From IMG/VR virus record IMGVR_UViG_3300029940_000031: 64,000 nt of DNA, one strand, 5' to 3'. Of this stretch, positions 8,900-17,186 are shown in pieces. Made by a program: the position numbers and the translations under genes. A model generated the notes under the pieces. That model did no database searches. It was not told where the DNA came from and saw only the letters and a list, made by a program, of their open reading frames with translations. Numbering within the stretch: the first letter of the stretch is position 1; the number at the start of each line of letters is the position of its first letter. This stretch comes from a virus.

Positions 8900-9235
8900 T
8901 TAATTCTTAGATAGATCCACACCGTCTGTTTTGTTTCCTAGTGTTGTAGCAGCAGGTTCATTTTGCATTGCCTTCAACATATTAGGATCAATATTAACTT
9001 GAACAGTGTTAACGTTATTTACATTGTTTGTTCCAGCAGTACGGGCCGCAAATAATGCATTCTTGTAATCCACACGTCCGCTTAATAAGAATAAATCAAT
9101 AAACCATAGAATCCCTAATCCTCCGCAAGTCAGAAGATTCAAGATACCCATGCCAATATCCCCAACATAAAATCTTCCTGCACCTAAGAATCCAAGGAAA
9201 ATATGTAATAAATACGCTATACCTTTAGATTTCAT
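8900..9235 (-). CDS. TM2-domain membrane protein
   Basis: GGAG-N8-ATG (M4 of the track ORF); GIAYLLHIFLGFLGAGRFYVGD...GLGILWFIDLF is the TM2-domain pattern. Confidence 0.8.
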   Translation of the reverse strand: MKSKGIAYLLHIFLGFLGAGRFYVGDIGMGILNLLTCGGLGILWFIDLFLLSGRVDYKNALFAARTAGTNNVNNVNTVQVNIDPNMLKAMQNEPAATTLGNKTDGVDLSKN

Positions 9236-9304
9236 CTTTTTCACTCCGTCCTAAAAATATAAAATGTAAGATTTCTAGAACATCATAACAGAAACAGTTA
9301 CAAC

Positions 9305-9326
9305 TATATTGTCATATTTTGTCGAA
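9305..9326 (-). promoter_or_regulatory. Shared upstream motif, copy 3
   Basis: Gene-sense TTCGACAAAATATGACAATATA, then GTTATG-N17-TACATT, then RBS of 8900..9235. Confidence 0.6.
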
Positions 9327-9330
9327 TGTA

Positions 9331-9360
9331 AAATAAAAAAGCACTCATAAGAGTGCTTTT
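9331..9360. terminator. Terminator 3' of the Excalibur lipoprotein gene
   Basis: GCACTC-ATAA-GAGTGC flanked by an A-run and a T-run. Confidence 0.75.
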
Positions 9361-9368
9361 CCATAAAT

Positions 9369-9932
9369 CTAATGTTTTTTACTAGATTTTTTATGTCCTT
9401 TATTTCGTTCACAAGCTACACCATCGCCATCACGATCTAAATGCGAAGCATAAGCTGGGCTATCTGGAGTTATATCATAGTAACCAGCATTATTTGCATC
9501 TGTACAGTTTGCAAAGTGAACTTTCTCTTGTTTAGGTGCAGCTTGTTGCTGAGGTGCTGTATTAGCTGCAGTTTTTTGTTGTTCCTGTTCTTTTGCTTGA
9601 GCTGCTTCTTGTTGTTTCTTTTGTTCTTCCTGTTGTCTTTGAGCCTCTTCTTGTTTGCGTTGTTCATCTAATCGCTTTTGTTCTTCAGCCTTTTTTTGTT
9701 CCTCAGCTTGCTTTTGCTCTTCAGCCTTTTTCTGTTCTTCTAACTTCTTTTGTTCCTCAGCTTGCTTTTGTTCTTCGGCCTTTTTCTGTTCTTCTATTTT
9801 CTTTTGTTCCTCTTCTTTTTTAGTTTCTTGTTTTGGTTCTTCTGATGTACTTGCTTTATCATTTGAACCACAAGCAGCCAATCCCATAAGTAACACGCTG
9901 CATGTTAAAGCCATTAATAATTTTTTGCTCAT
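9369..9932 (-). CDS. Lipoprotein with E/Q/K-rich tandem repeats and a C-terminal Excalibur Ca-binding domain
   Basis: Lipobox LMGLAAC; repeats EEQKKAEEQKQ; C-terminus HLDRDGDGVACE matches the Excalibur DxDxDGxxCE motif. Confidence 0.85.
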   Translation of the reverse strand: MSKKLLMALTCSVLLMGLAACGSNDKASTSEEPKQETKKEEEQKKIEEQKKAEEQKQAEEQKKLEEQKKAEEQKQAEEQKKAEEQKRLDEQRKQEEAQRQQEEQKKQQEAAQAKEQEQQKTAANTAPQQQAAPKQEKVHFANCTDANNAGYYDITPDSPAYASHLDRDGDGVACERNKGHKKSSKKH

Positions 9933-9998
9933 AATTTAATTCCTCCAAGATATATATAATGTAATATTTCTGGACAATCTTATCAAAATAAACATCTA

Positions 9999-10020
9999 TA
10001 TATTGTCATAATGTGTCGAA
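9999..10020 (-). promoter_or_regulatory. Shared upstream motif, copy 4
   Basis: Gene-sense TTCGACACATTATGACAATATA upstream of 9369..9932. Confidence 0.55.
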
Positions 10021-10164
10021 TTAAAACAAAAAAGAGAGAGCCATAACTCTCAATGGGAAAATGATAAGAATTTACCGATGGATATTAGAGCAATATCCTC
10101 TATTTTTTACTAATATTGAATAATGGGAAATCTTATTTTGATTGAACTTCATTTTTTTAAAAAA

Positions 10165-10220
10165 ACTTATAGTTATAAGTTTATTAAATAAGACTTTTAA
10201 TTATAAGTGGACTTATAATT
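10165..10220. promoter_or_regulatory. Two palindromic operator-like sites
   Basis: ACTTATA-GT-TATAAGT (10165-10180) and the perfect AATTATAAGT-GG-ACTTATAATT (10199-10220), 58-113 nt upstream of 10278. Confidence 0.6.
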
Positions 10221-10277
10221 ATTTTGATGTTATATTGAAATCAATAAAAGAAAACTTGGAAGTAGGAGGAAGATGAC

Positions 10278-10688
10278 ATGGCAGACACAGTAACAGTAAC
10301 TTTCGAGCACGCATTGAGAGCAATAAAAGAAAACCTAGAGGTAGGAAGAGGTTACAAGCAAAAGGATATTCGAGAAGTGTTAGAGAAGAACTTTCCGAAT
10401 ATTAACCCTAATCAGATCTCTGGTCTTATGACTCGCTTTATCAATAAATCGCTTTTCGATGTAAAGAGAGAAATAGGACATCGTAATACTTACGTCTTTA
10501 CAGGTGGGAAAGAGATGGCTGGTTTAGGAAATAATGGAATCACAGTGAGAGACTATGTGAAACATACGCTTCAAACGAGTATCGCAAGCCTAAAGACGAT
10601 ATCATTTGGGGATATCAAAAGTGCGGAAGACTTCAACTTACTGAAAAATACGGAAGAGAAGTTGCAGGAGATGTTAAAGGAACTGTAA
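10278..10688 (+). CDS. Small protein, possibly winged-helix DNA-binding (function unknown)
   Basis: RBS AGGAGGA; 136 aa; sits behind the palindromes; the wHTH assignment is only an impression. Confidence 0.6.
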   Translation: MADTVTVTFEHALRAIKENLEVGRGYKQKDIREVLEKNFPNINPNQISGLMTRFINKSLFDVKREIGHRNTYVFTGGKEMAGLGNNGITVRDYVKHTLQTSIASLKTISFGDIKSAEDFNLLKNTEEKLQEMLKEL

Positions 10689-10832
10689 GGCAGAGGTGCA
10701 TCCTCAACTTTTTCTTGCTACCCCCAGTGGTAGTAGTTGAAGGAAATCAGAAGCAAATCATTCGAGGTATTTACATTATGATTTGGAAAACGAAAAGATG
10801 CGACTTAAAACAAAAACTAGGGGGAAAATAGA

Positions 10833-11852
10833 ATGGGGCATGAAATAAACTATTGGATTTCAGAAATGAATAAGCAAGGGATTCCAAATCAACATATTGA
10901 ATTGATGAAAAATAGGGTTCTACAGGGAGAGTCCGAGTATCGTTTGTATTATGATGAAGTAGGCAAGGATACCAAACCGACTCTTGTTAAAGTTAGTAGG
11001 ATTAAAGGGATTAATACAGGATGGTGTACAGAAAACAGAGCAGTTTATGAATTATTTTTTTCTGCTACTGGTGAAATTACAACGAGTGTGCAAAATTTAA
11101 ATACTTTTCGTATTGAAGCAAACCTTAATTCGCTTATAGAGTTAGGCCGGGAAGAACAAAATGAATTTTATGCAAACGCTAAAGAAACCCATTTGAGGGA
11201 CGGTCTTCCTAATTTTAACTATTATCAAAATGATGAAATTTACTTTTCAGATGCGACGCATAGGACAGTCAGCGCTATAATGTTTGATGCTCCGAAGATG
11301 ATGGGATATGTTACTAACTATAGGAAGAATAGTGATAAATACAATAATTATTTAGTACATAAAAATTCTATGCAGAAATGGGAACAGCTAAATGCGGATT
11401 TTAAGTGCATTAATATAATTCGTATGGACAAAGATACGTATGATATATTGAATGGTAAAAAAGACGAGTATAAAATTCAATTGAAAGAGTTTCCTAATAA
11501 ACAGTTGTATTTCCGTTTTGATACACCTATTGTTGAAGTTAATAATCAAAATATGATAGATACAAAGAGAATTGAAGAAGAAAGAGACAGTATAGATGCT
11601 TTAATTCAAAAGTTACAACAAATAGATGATTATTTATTTGCAAATTCAAAAAAACTAGGGAAATTACCGTTATCATTACGTTTAATGAAGAAAATGAATT
11701 TCAACTTGGGATATTTCCTTTTCTATGAGTTATATAAAAAAGAAGTGTATTTGGATATAGATGATCCATCTGATGTTATAGGGTGGAAAATACAAAAGAG
11801 GATTCTTAACGATGTGATGGTTGACAATCAGCCGAAGAAACGGTGGACTTAG
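10833..11852 (+). CDS. 339-aa protein of unknown function with a possible ParB/Srx-like DxxHR motif
   Basis: RBS GGGGGAAA; EIYFSDATHRTVSAIMF resembles the DGxHRxxA core of ParB-like nuclease domains (weak). Confidence 0.65.
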   Translation: MGHEINYWISEMNKQGIPNQHIELMKNRVLQGESEYRLYYDEVGKDTKPTLVKVSRIKGINTGWCTENRAVYELFFSATGEITTSVQNLNTFRIEANLNSLIELGREEQNEFYANAKETHLRDGLPNFNYYQNDEIYFSDATHRTVSAIMFDAPKMMGYVTNYRKNSDKYNNYLVHKNSMQKWEQLNADFKCINIIRMDKDTYDILNGKKDEYKIQLKEFPNKQLYFRFDTPIVEVNNQNMIDTKRIEEERDSIDALIQKLQQIDDYLFANSKKLGKLPLSLRLMKKMNFNLGYFLFYELYKKEVYLDIDDPSDVIGWKIQKRILNDVMVDNQPKKRWT

Positions 11853-11894
11853 TGTTGTTATTATCTTAAAAAATACATTCATTTTTGATAATGC

Positions 11895-12075
11895 AATGGA
11901 ACTTTATTGCCGTTCTTGTTCCATGCTAGGGCTCAAATGTTTTGACACAGCTATATCCATTCTTTCTGGGGTAGAACCCATGCATATGATTAAAAAAGAA
12001 CAGCTTGATTTACGGGACCAGTCTGTCCAAAATCAGAAAGAATTCATCCATCAATTGTTTGAACTTGCACCATAA
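11895..12075 (+). pseudogene. IS6-family (IS240/IS257-like) transposase C-terminal remnant
   Basis: ...FDTAISILSGVEPMHMIKKEQL...IHQLFELAP* resembles the conserved IS6 transposase C-terminus; no N-terminal or DDE part; followed by an IS6-type terminal repeat. Confidence 0.6.
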
Positions 12076-12138
12076 GATACGATTCCGTTAGAGATATATG
12101 CGCTTTATTCTCTTTTATTTTATTTTTGCACCAGGACC
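11957..12138 (+). repeat. Tandem duplication unit 1 of the IS6 right end (ends in the IR ...TTTTTGCACCAGGACC)
   Basis: About 180 bp, highly similar to 12140-12316; reverse complement of the end is GGTCCTGGTGCAAAAA (compare IS257 GGTTCTGTTGCAAA). Confidence 0.7.
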
Positions 12139-12139
12139 T

Positions 12140-12316
12140 CCATTCTTACAGGAGTGGAAGCTATGCATATGATTAAAAAAGAGCAGCTTGATTTACGGGA
12201 TCAGTCTGCTCAAAATCAGGAAGAATTCATCCATCGATTGTTTGGGCTTGCAGCATAAGATACGATTCCGGTAGGAATATATGCGCCTTATTCTCTTTTA
12301 TTTTTGCACCAGAACC
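12140..12316 (+). repeat. Tandem duplication unit 2 of the IS6 right end
   Basis: Encodes ...EAMHMIKKEQLDLRDQSAQNQEEFIHRLFGLAA*, then the IR TTTTTGCACCAGAACC. Confidence 0.7.
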
Positions 12317-12319
12317 TTA

Positions 12320-12583
12320 TTACTCATTGTGCTGTTTGTATCTACGTCTTTCCAATTCTAACGCCTCTTCTTCTGTTAAATCCTTAAACAATTCTCTATA
12401 TCCTACATTGAACATGTCTTCAAGTTCCATCATTTTATCTGGTCTAGGATGTTTTTTGCCATTCTCCCAATTACTTACAGTAGTGTGGTTAACATCTAAA
12501 CGATCCGCTAAAGTATAAATAGTAAATCCTGCATCCATGCGATATTTTCTAAGCCTCTTTGGAAGTTTCTTATTTTTTTCCAT
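12320..12583 (-). CDS. XRE-family HTH protein
   Basis: AGAGGA-N8-ATG (M4 of the track ORF); FTIYTLADRLDVNHTTVSNWENGKKHP is a classic XRE HTH. Confidence 0.8.
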   Translation of the reverse strand: MEKNKKLPKRLRKYRMDAGFTIYTLADRLDVNHTTVSNWENGKKHPRPDKMMELEDMFNVGYRELFKDLTEEEALELERRRYKQHNE

Positions 12584-12702
12584 TAATATCATCCTCTTTA
12601 TCTAAATTATAGAATTTACCTAAACTTCTTTTGTAATAAATTAACCTTAACAAGGATAGATTTCCCATCATAATTGACAATTGTATGTTCCATATTTTTA
12701 CC

Positions 12703-13611
12703 TCACTGTTGATAAATCTCGTACTTTACCTGCGTCTCCTTCTCTAATTCTTGCTCATCAACACTTTCCTTTTCTAAGTCTTCTAATAAGAAATCTAATT
12801 CTACAATTGTAGATAGTGCATTAAACAATCTTAGGGCATCTACTTGCTTCCAATTAATTGGATAGTCACGCCCATGTAATACCCAATCTCGATTTATAAT
12901 TGGTAAACGATTTGAACGCTTATCAAAGTTGCCAGCTTTAAATACGCTATTTAAAAACTCTGCTACCGAAACATAAAATATTATATAGGTTCTATCAGTT
13001 TCTATTTCTTGTTGTACTTGTTTATATTGATTTCTTAATGCTGGCTTTCTTTCTCGTTTCTTTTTGTCAGGATTAATATATTTTTGAAACCTTGGTGTTA
13101 TAAGTATATGGGCAAGATTTTCAATTACAATGAATAAATTTGGAATTACAATTAAATAATTTCCCTTCTCATAGTTATCAAAACATTGTGCAAGAAGCTC
13201 TCTCCATTGCTCAATTAACCCATTTTCAAGTATCTGGGTCTTCATATTCTGATATTCTGTTCCACTTGAATAGAAAGTTTGAATTAATAAGTCCAACTTG
13301 TTTTGATCGTTGACTTCTGATAATTCACTTACTTCATGAAATGACATATGCATTGGAAAAGTCCATCCTTTTTGTCCCAACACCTCGGCTGCCTCTTTCT
13401 CTATTAGCCCAAAATCTCCCCAATCTATATTTCGCAAAGGTTCTAAGGATTTATTGATTGTCTCTCTTATATCGGCAACCAGTTCTGTAAAACCCTTAAG
13501 CACCTCTTGCGTACCCTTTGTTAATTCAAAAGCAGGGGTAGAATGATTTATTCCTTTATCCCGTTTGTCCAATTCTCCCATAACTTCCTTTTTCTTTGCT
13601 TCTATATCCAA
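12703..13611 (-). CDS. 302-aa protein with a C-terminal Rx4H (HEPN-like) motif
   Basis: NRDWVLHGRD = R241-x4-H246 followed by G, as in several HEPN families; TTG start after GGGAGA (start uncertain; ATG at 13581 is the alternative). Confidence 0.6.
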   Translation of the reverse strand: MDIEAKKKEVMGELDKRDKGINHSTPAFELTKGTQEVLKGFTELVADIRETINKSLEPLRNIDWGDFGLIEKEAAEVLGQKGWTFPMHMSFHEVSELSEVNDQNKLDLLIQTFYSSGTEYQNMKTQILENGLIEQWRELLAQCFDNYEKGNYLIVIPNLFIVIENLAHILITPRFQKYINPDKKKRERKPALRNQYKQVQQEIETDRTYIIFYVSVAEFLNSVFKAGNFDKRSNRLPIINRDWVLHGRDYPINWKQVDALRLFNALSTIVELDFLLEDLEKESVDEQELEKETQVKYEIYQQ

Positions 13612-13685
13612 TTTAGTTTTCTCCCATCTTTATAGAATTCTTAGTGTTTTCTAGTTTTATAAAAGAGAAGATAACGAGCCTTCTC

Positions 13686-13976
13686 TTAATCTTTTATTCT
13701 TGTAAGGTCGTCAATATTTATCCTAATCAGTCTTTCAAAATTCTCGTCTACTGCACATATCTCTTCAACTGTGTATATCCCAAAAATCTCTTGAAGTGAA
13801 CATATGTCATATTTAATATTGAATCTTATTAAGTTAGGGCTACTTCCATGCTTCACTTCTAATCAATCCATCTCTGCCTCTTCTTTGCTTGCAAACAATT
13901 TTTGAATTTCAATTTCTCCTTCTCGTTTGACTTCAATATTCCCGTATAAATGATAAAAATTTTTATATTTTTTCAT
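13686..13976 (-). pseudogene. 96-codon ORF interrupted by one in-frame TGA (or two mini-ORFs)
   Basis: RBS AAAGGGGA-N8-ATG at 13976; frame stays open to TAA 13688-13686 except for TGA at 13865-13863. Confidence 0.4.
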
Positions 13977-14018
13977 AGCTATATTCCCCTTTTTGATTAT
14001 TTTTATAAAATATAGTTT

Positions 14019-14459
14019 TTACTGATCATCACGTCTGTATCTTGGTTTAAGAACACATTGCAACACACCTTCTAAGGCTAATCGTCTATGATACCCTGTA
14101 CAAACAGTCCAGTATATTCTAATCCGACCTTGGATTGATTTGAAAAAAAGTATTCGTCTTGTCTGTTTGTTATCATATAGTTTTTCAATATGGCTGTGTA
14201 ATCGTCCTTGAATCCAACCTTCACCTACATATAATATTTCTTCAGTTATTAAATCAACAAACACATATACCCCTCTTTTATCATTAGATACAAATTCTTT
14301 TACTTTGTTTTTGAGCTCTAGACCTTTTCGAAGTTGATCCTCTTCGTTATATTTATATTCCAGAATAAAGTTAGACCACCCTTTAGGTATAAGCGGGAGT
14401 ATGGAATTCTCTAAAAGAAATTGTTCTAAGTTATTATCGAAATATCCATTATATATCAT
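14019..14459 (-). CDS. GIY-YIG-like small nuclease-fold protein
   Basis: KRGVYVFVD...EILYVGEG...GRLHSH...LALEGV fits the order GIY...YIG...R...E. Confidence 0.6.
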   Translation of the reverse strand: MIYNGYFDNNLEQFLLENSILPLIPKGWSNFILEYKYNEEDQLRKGLELKNKVKEFVSNDKRGVYVFVDLITEEILYVGEGWIQGRLHSHIEKLYDNKQTRRILFFKSIQGRIRIYWTVCTGYHRRLALEGVLQCVLKPRYRRDDQ

Positions 14460-14555
14460 TCAAAATACTCACTTTCACACGATTTAAAAACGAGTTTATT
14501 CTATATTTTTACTGTTAGATAATACCATACTTTTCTTAAATCATCTTAATCTATC

Positions 14556-14575
14556 TTTTATTTTTGCACCAGAAC
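14556..14575 (+). repeat. Solo IS6-type terminal inverted repeat (third copy)
   Basis: TTTTATTTTTGCACCAGAACC, same orientation as the copies ending at 12138 and 12316. Confidence 0.65.
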
Positions 14576-14998
14576 CACAAATAGTAATATCCACAGATTT
14601 TAATTTTGAAAATTATGTGAATTAACAAAACAGAACGGTTTATCATTTTTTTCTCCTAAAAAATCTATTTAGTTATTTCGTATAAATAACTTTAAATTAA
14701 CACTTACATCATAATAAATTAGTCAATATATAAATGTAAGTGAATAGAGAAGAAAAATGCACTATTGCATATTCTTATCCGTAAAGCGTAAAAAGCACTG
14801 ATATAAAGCTATTTTCAAATTTTCTCAATATTTTTCTGATAACCACAAGACTGAATTTTGGCAAAAATATGATATTATGAAAATAATAAAATAAACGGAA
14901 CGAAAAAAAGACTCACAGCGTGTGTAAGTAGTGTTCGCATCACTCTTATACCGTTCGCCCGACTCACCAGGGGAACATCTGCCATAAGTCTCTTTTCG

Positions 14999-15015
14999 GT
15001 TACTTCATGAGTAAC
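14999..15015. promoter_or_regulatory. Possible fourth GTTAC-N7-GTAAC operator, upstream of the aimR-like gene
   Basis: GTTACTTCATGAGTAAC has the same arms and spacing as the three operators of the CI/Cro region. Confidence 0.4.
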
Positions 15016-15125
15016 AATTACATTATAACATGCCGATATTACTAAAGCATTACTGTGGTATGAACTTCCTGTTTATAATTTGAGGAAAATAGCGAAGCGT
15101 CTTTGTTCCAAAAGGAGCAAATTTG

Positions 15126-16352
15126 ATGGATCATACACTTATACAAAAAAAAGAAGAGTTCAAAAGAAAAGCATTAATGAATTTCTTAAGTAGCATTATC
15201 GATGAAATTGATTTTCAAAGAAGGAATCAAGAAGACATCGCAAAAGAATTAGGTATTTCAGGAGGGGCACTCTCGAAAAACTTATCAGGTAAAAGTCAAT
15301 TTAATTTTTGGAATATGATTAAGTTACTTAATATCTTGTACGATGACAATGTCTTAAAGAAAAAAGAGATGATGCATAAGTTTTGCTCAGTTACAAAGAG
15401 CAAACAAAACTTGAGAATTGCTATGGAATATGCAAATTCAACAGGTGACTTAGAATTATTAAAATTAATTGTAGATATAGAAAAAACGTCATCGTTGGCT
15501 ATGAATAGAGAGTGGGCTTATGTATACGAATTGGTATGGATGCGAAGTAAAGGTGTCGTTAGTGGTAAAAACTTATTAGAGAAATTAGAAGATCGTAAGA
15601 AAAGTAAGGTAATTAGGACACAAGAAATGAAGGTTTTATACGGAATACTAACTTTTTATACGATGTATGATTTAGAGAAATTCAATTCATTGTTCGAATA
15701 CGCTGAAGTATTATTGCCTAAAGTCGAAGAAATTCAAGATGCTTTTATTAGAACAGCATATGCGGGTAGAATTAAAGAAGGCTTATCTTACGCCTATTTA
15801 ATGCAAGATAATGTTTATAGATCAAGAGAATTGTGTCATGAAATTATGCATTTAAAAGATGATAAAAATTGTTTTTCTCTTTTAAGGGTGTCAGCTTTGG
15901 TATACCTTGCAGAGTCTTATACATTCGAAAGTTACGAAAGAGCTTCTTGGTACATCAATAAATCGTTAGAAATGTTAGGTACATGCCATTTTGAGAGAGC
16001 GATTAAAAGAAAAGAAAATGTTATGAATACCTTTGCTTTTATTAAGCTTGTTTATAATAAAGAACTCGAGGAAATCGAAATATATAACGTATGCGAAGAA
16101 GCTTTTTATCAAGTGTTAATCGGTCATTCTGATGTGGCGGTAAAACTTTTAAAGGAAACTGAAAGAAAAGATGGGAAGTTGAGTCCTATGAAAAAATGCA
16201 TATTAGGATATGCGTTGAAAGACATTGATTTATTAAAAGAATCATTAGTAGATTTCGAGTGTGCAGGTAATAGGTTTTATAGCAAATTACCTAGAAAAAT
16301 GTTGGTAGAATTTTATAAAATTGGTATAATATATGAGGGTGATGCTAAATGA
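15126..16352 (+). CDS. aimR: AimR-like (RRNPP-type) peptide receptor and transcription regulator
   Basis: AAGGAG-N8-ATG; N-terminal HTH QEDIAKELGISGGALSKNLSG, then ~340 aa of helical TPR-like repeats; its stop overlaps (ATGA) a signal-peptide mini-ORF; sits next to the CI/Cro switch. Confidence 0.7.
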   Translation: MDHTLIQKKEEFKRKALMNFLSSIIDEIDFQRRNQEDIAKELGISGGALSKNLSGKSQFNFWNMIKLLNILYDDNVLKKKEMMHKFCSVTKSKQNLRIAMEYANSTGDLELLKLIVDIEKTSSLAMNREWAYVYELVWMRSKGVVSGKNLLEKLEDRKKSKVIRTQEMKVLYGILTFYTMYDLEKFNSLFEYAEVLLPKVEEIQDAFIRTAYAGRIKEGLSYAYLMQDNVYRSRELCHEIMHLKDDKNCFSLLRVSALVYLAESYTFESYERASWYINKSLEMLGTCHFERAIKRKENVMNTFAFIKLVYNKELEEIEIYNVCEEAFYQVLIGHSDVAVKLLKETERKDGKLSPMKKCILGYALKDIDLLKESLVDFECAGNRFYSKLPRKMLVEFYKIGIIYEGDAK

Positions 16353-16507
16353 AAAAATTATTAACTTTAGTAGTGACATTTGCTTTAGTTGGAGTACTAT
16401 ATATATCTCCTGCTAAAGAGCATAAAGAACAATCAGTACAAACAGCGAAGGTTTTTCAAGAAAATACGTATAGAATGATGGTTGATCCTGGAGGTGGAAT
16501 GGGATAA
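16349..16507 (+). CDS. aimP: AimP-like secreted pro-peptide (52 aa), below the ORF-track cutoff
   Basis: MKKLLTLVVTFALVGVLYISPAKEHKEQSVQTAKVFQENTYRMMVDPGGGMG*; Sec-type signal followed by a hydrophilic pro-region; frame checked codon by codon. Confidence 0.65.
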   Translation: MKKLLTLVVTFALVGVLYISPAKEHKEQSVQTAKVFQENTYRMMVDPGGGMG

Positions 16508-16585
16508 TATCCTATTCTATCAAGGATGTAATATAAATACTTAGAATGCGATTGTCTCAAATGAGGCAATCGCATTCGCTGTTTT
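16507..16585 (+). promoter_or_regulatory. Inverted repeat plus strong hairpin downstream of aimP (candidate AimR operator and terminator)
   Basis: ATATCCT-N9-AGGATGT (16507-16529); 11-bp stem GCGATTGTCTC-AAAT-GAGGCAATCGC (16548-16573), then TGTTTTT. Confidence 0.5.
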
Positions 16586-16674
16586 TAGAGGGATTTCCTA
16601 AATATCGGATTCTATATTCGAGAAAATATTGTGAATCGTTCACAAATTACATAGATAAACTGGGGGTTTTAGGG

Positions 16675-16806
16675 ATGAAAAAAGAAAGCTTAGCTGAGGT
16701 ATTATGGAAGACACTTGTAATGGGAGAAACCACAAGTGATGAGAGCAAAAAACAAGAAGTTTCTAATATAGAGTTACTTATTATGAATAAAAAGAATGAT
16801 TGTTAG
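16675..16806 (+). CDS. 43-aa ORF at the aimX position (MKKESLAEVLWK...)
   Basis: GGGGG-N8-ATG; the first 43 codons of the track ORF 16546..16806 run through the hairpin and are unlikely to be coding. Confidence 0.4.
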   Translation: MKKESLAEVLWKTLVMGETTSDESKKQEVSNIELLIMNKKNDC

Positions 16807-16824
16807 CATTTTGCTGACAATCAT

Positions 16825-17160
16825 TTAATCATCTGAACCAAGGGCTGCCTGCATCATTTTATAAAGCATCTCTTGTTCGTGTTTAGGTTTTTGTTCTAGT
16901 TTTTCAAGTAAAACGTCAAACTTCTTTCGTAGGTCAGAGTATTGTTCATTACTTAAATGTGGATCGTCAGATAGCCCTAACAAATAATCAGTAGTTACAT
17001 TTAGTACCTTAGATAATTTAGTTACAGACTCTCTAGATGGAGTTTTTTTATTACCTTCGAATCTTGAGATAGAAGCTTTAGTTAAATTAGTTAGTTCAGC
17101 TAATTCTTGCTGGGTTAAGTTTTTCTCTATCCTTAATTGTTTTAATCTCTCATTAAACAT
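16825..17160 (-). CDS. CI-like repressor (XRE HTH)
   Basis: RBS GGGAGGAAA; LKQLRIEKNLTQQELAELTNLTKASISRFEGNKK; divergent from a Cro-like gene. Confidence 0.85.
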   Translation of the reverse strand: MFNERLKQLRIEKNLTQQELAELTNLTKASISRFEGNKKTPSRESVTKLSKVLNVTTDYLLGLSDDPHLSNEQYSDLRKKFDVLLEKLEQKPKHEQEMLYKMMQAALGSDD

Positions 17161-17186
17161 TTATATTTTTCCTCCCCTAGAAAAAA

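Noticed and set aside
9441-9939. Four extra track ORFs on both strands inside the Excalibur lipoprotein gene
   Set aside because: They are by-products of the GAA/CAA-rich tandem repeats. Their products are low-complexity Phe/Leu/Cys or Lys/Asn strings with no RBS. Only 9369..9932 (minus strand) has a lipobox signal, an RBS and a recognisable domain.
1675-10020. Shared upstream motif as a PlcR box or sporulation-sigma promoter
   Set aside because: It does not fit TATGnAnnnnTnCATA. I could not fit SigE, SigK, SigF or SigG consensus spacing. Only the inverted copy at 26627 fits a SigH-like AGGAnnT-N14-GAAT, and the four cassette copies lack the AGGA element.
11821-12075. 84-aa ORF as an intact gene
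   Set aside because: Only its C-terminal part resembles an IS6 transposase end, the N-terminal part is read-through from the previous gene's 3' region, and the same segment is tandemly duplicated. I called it a remnant.
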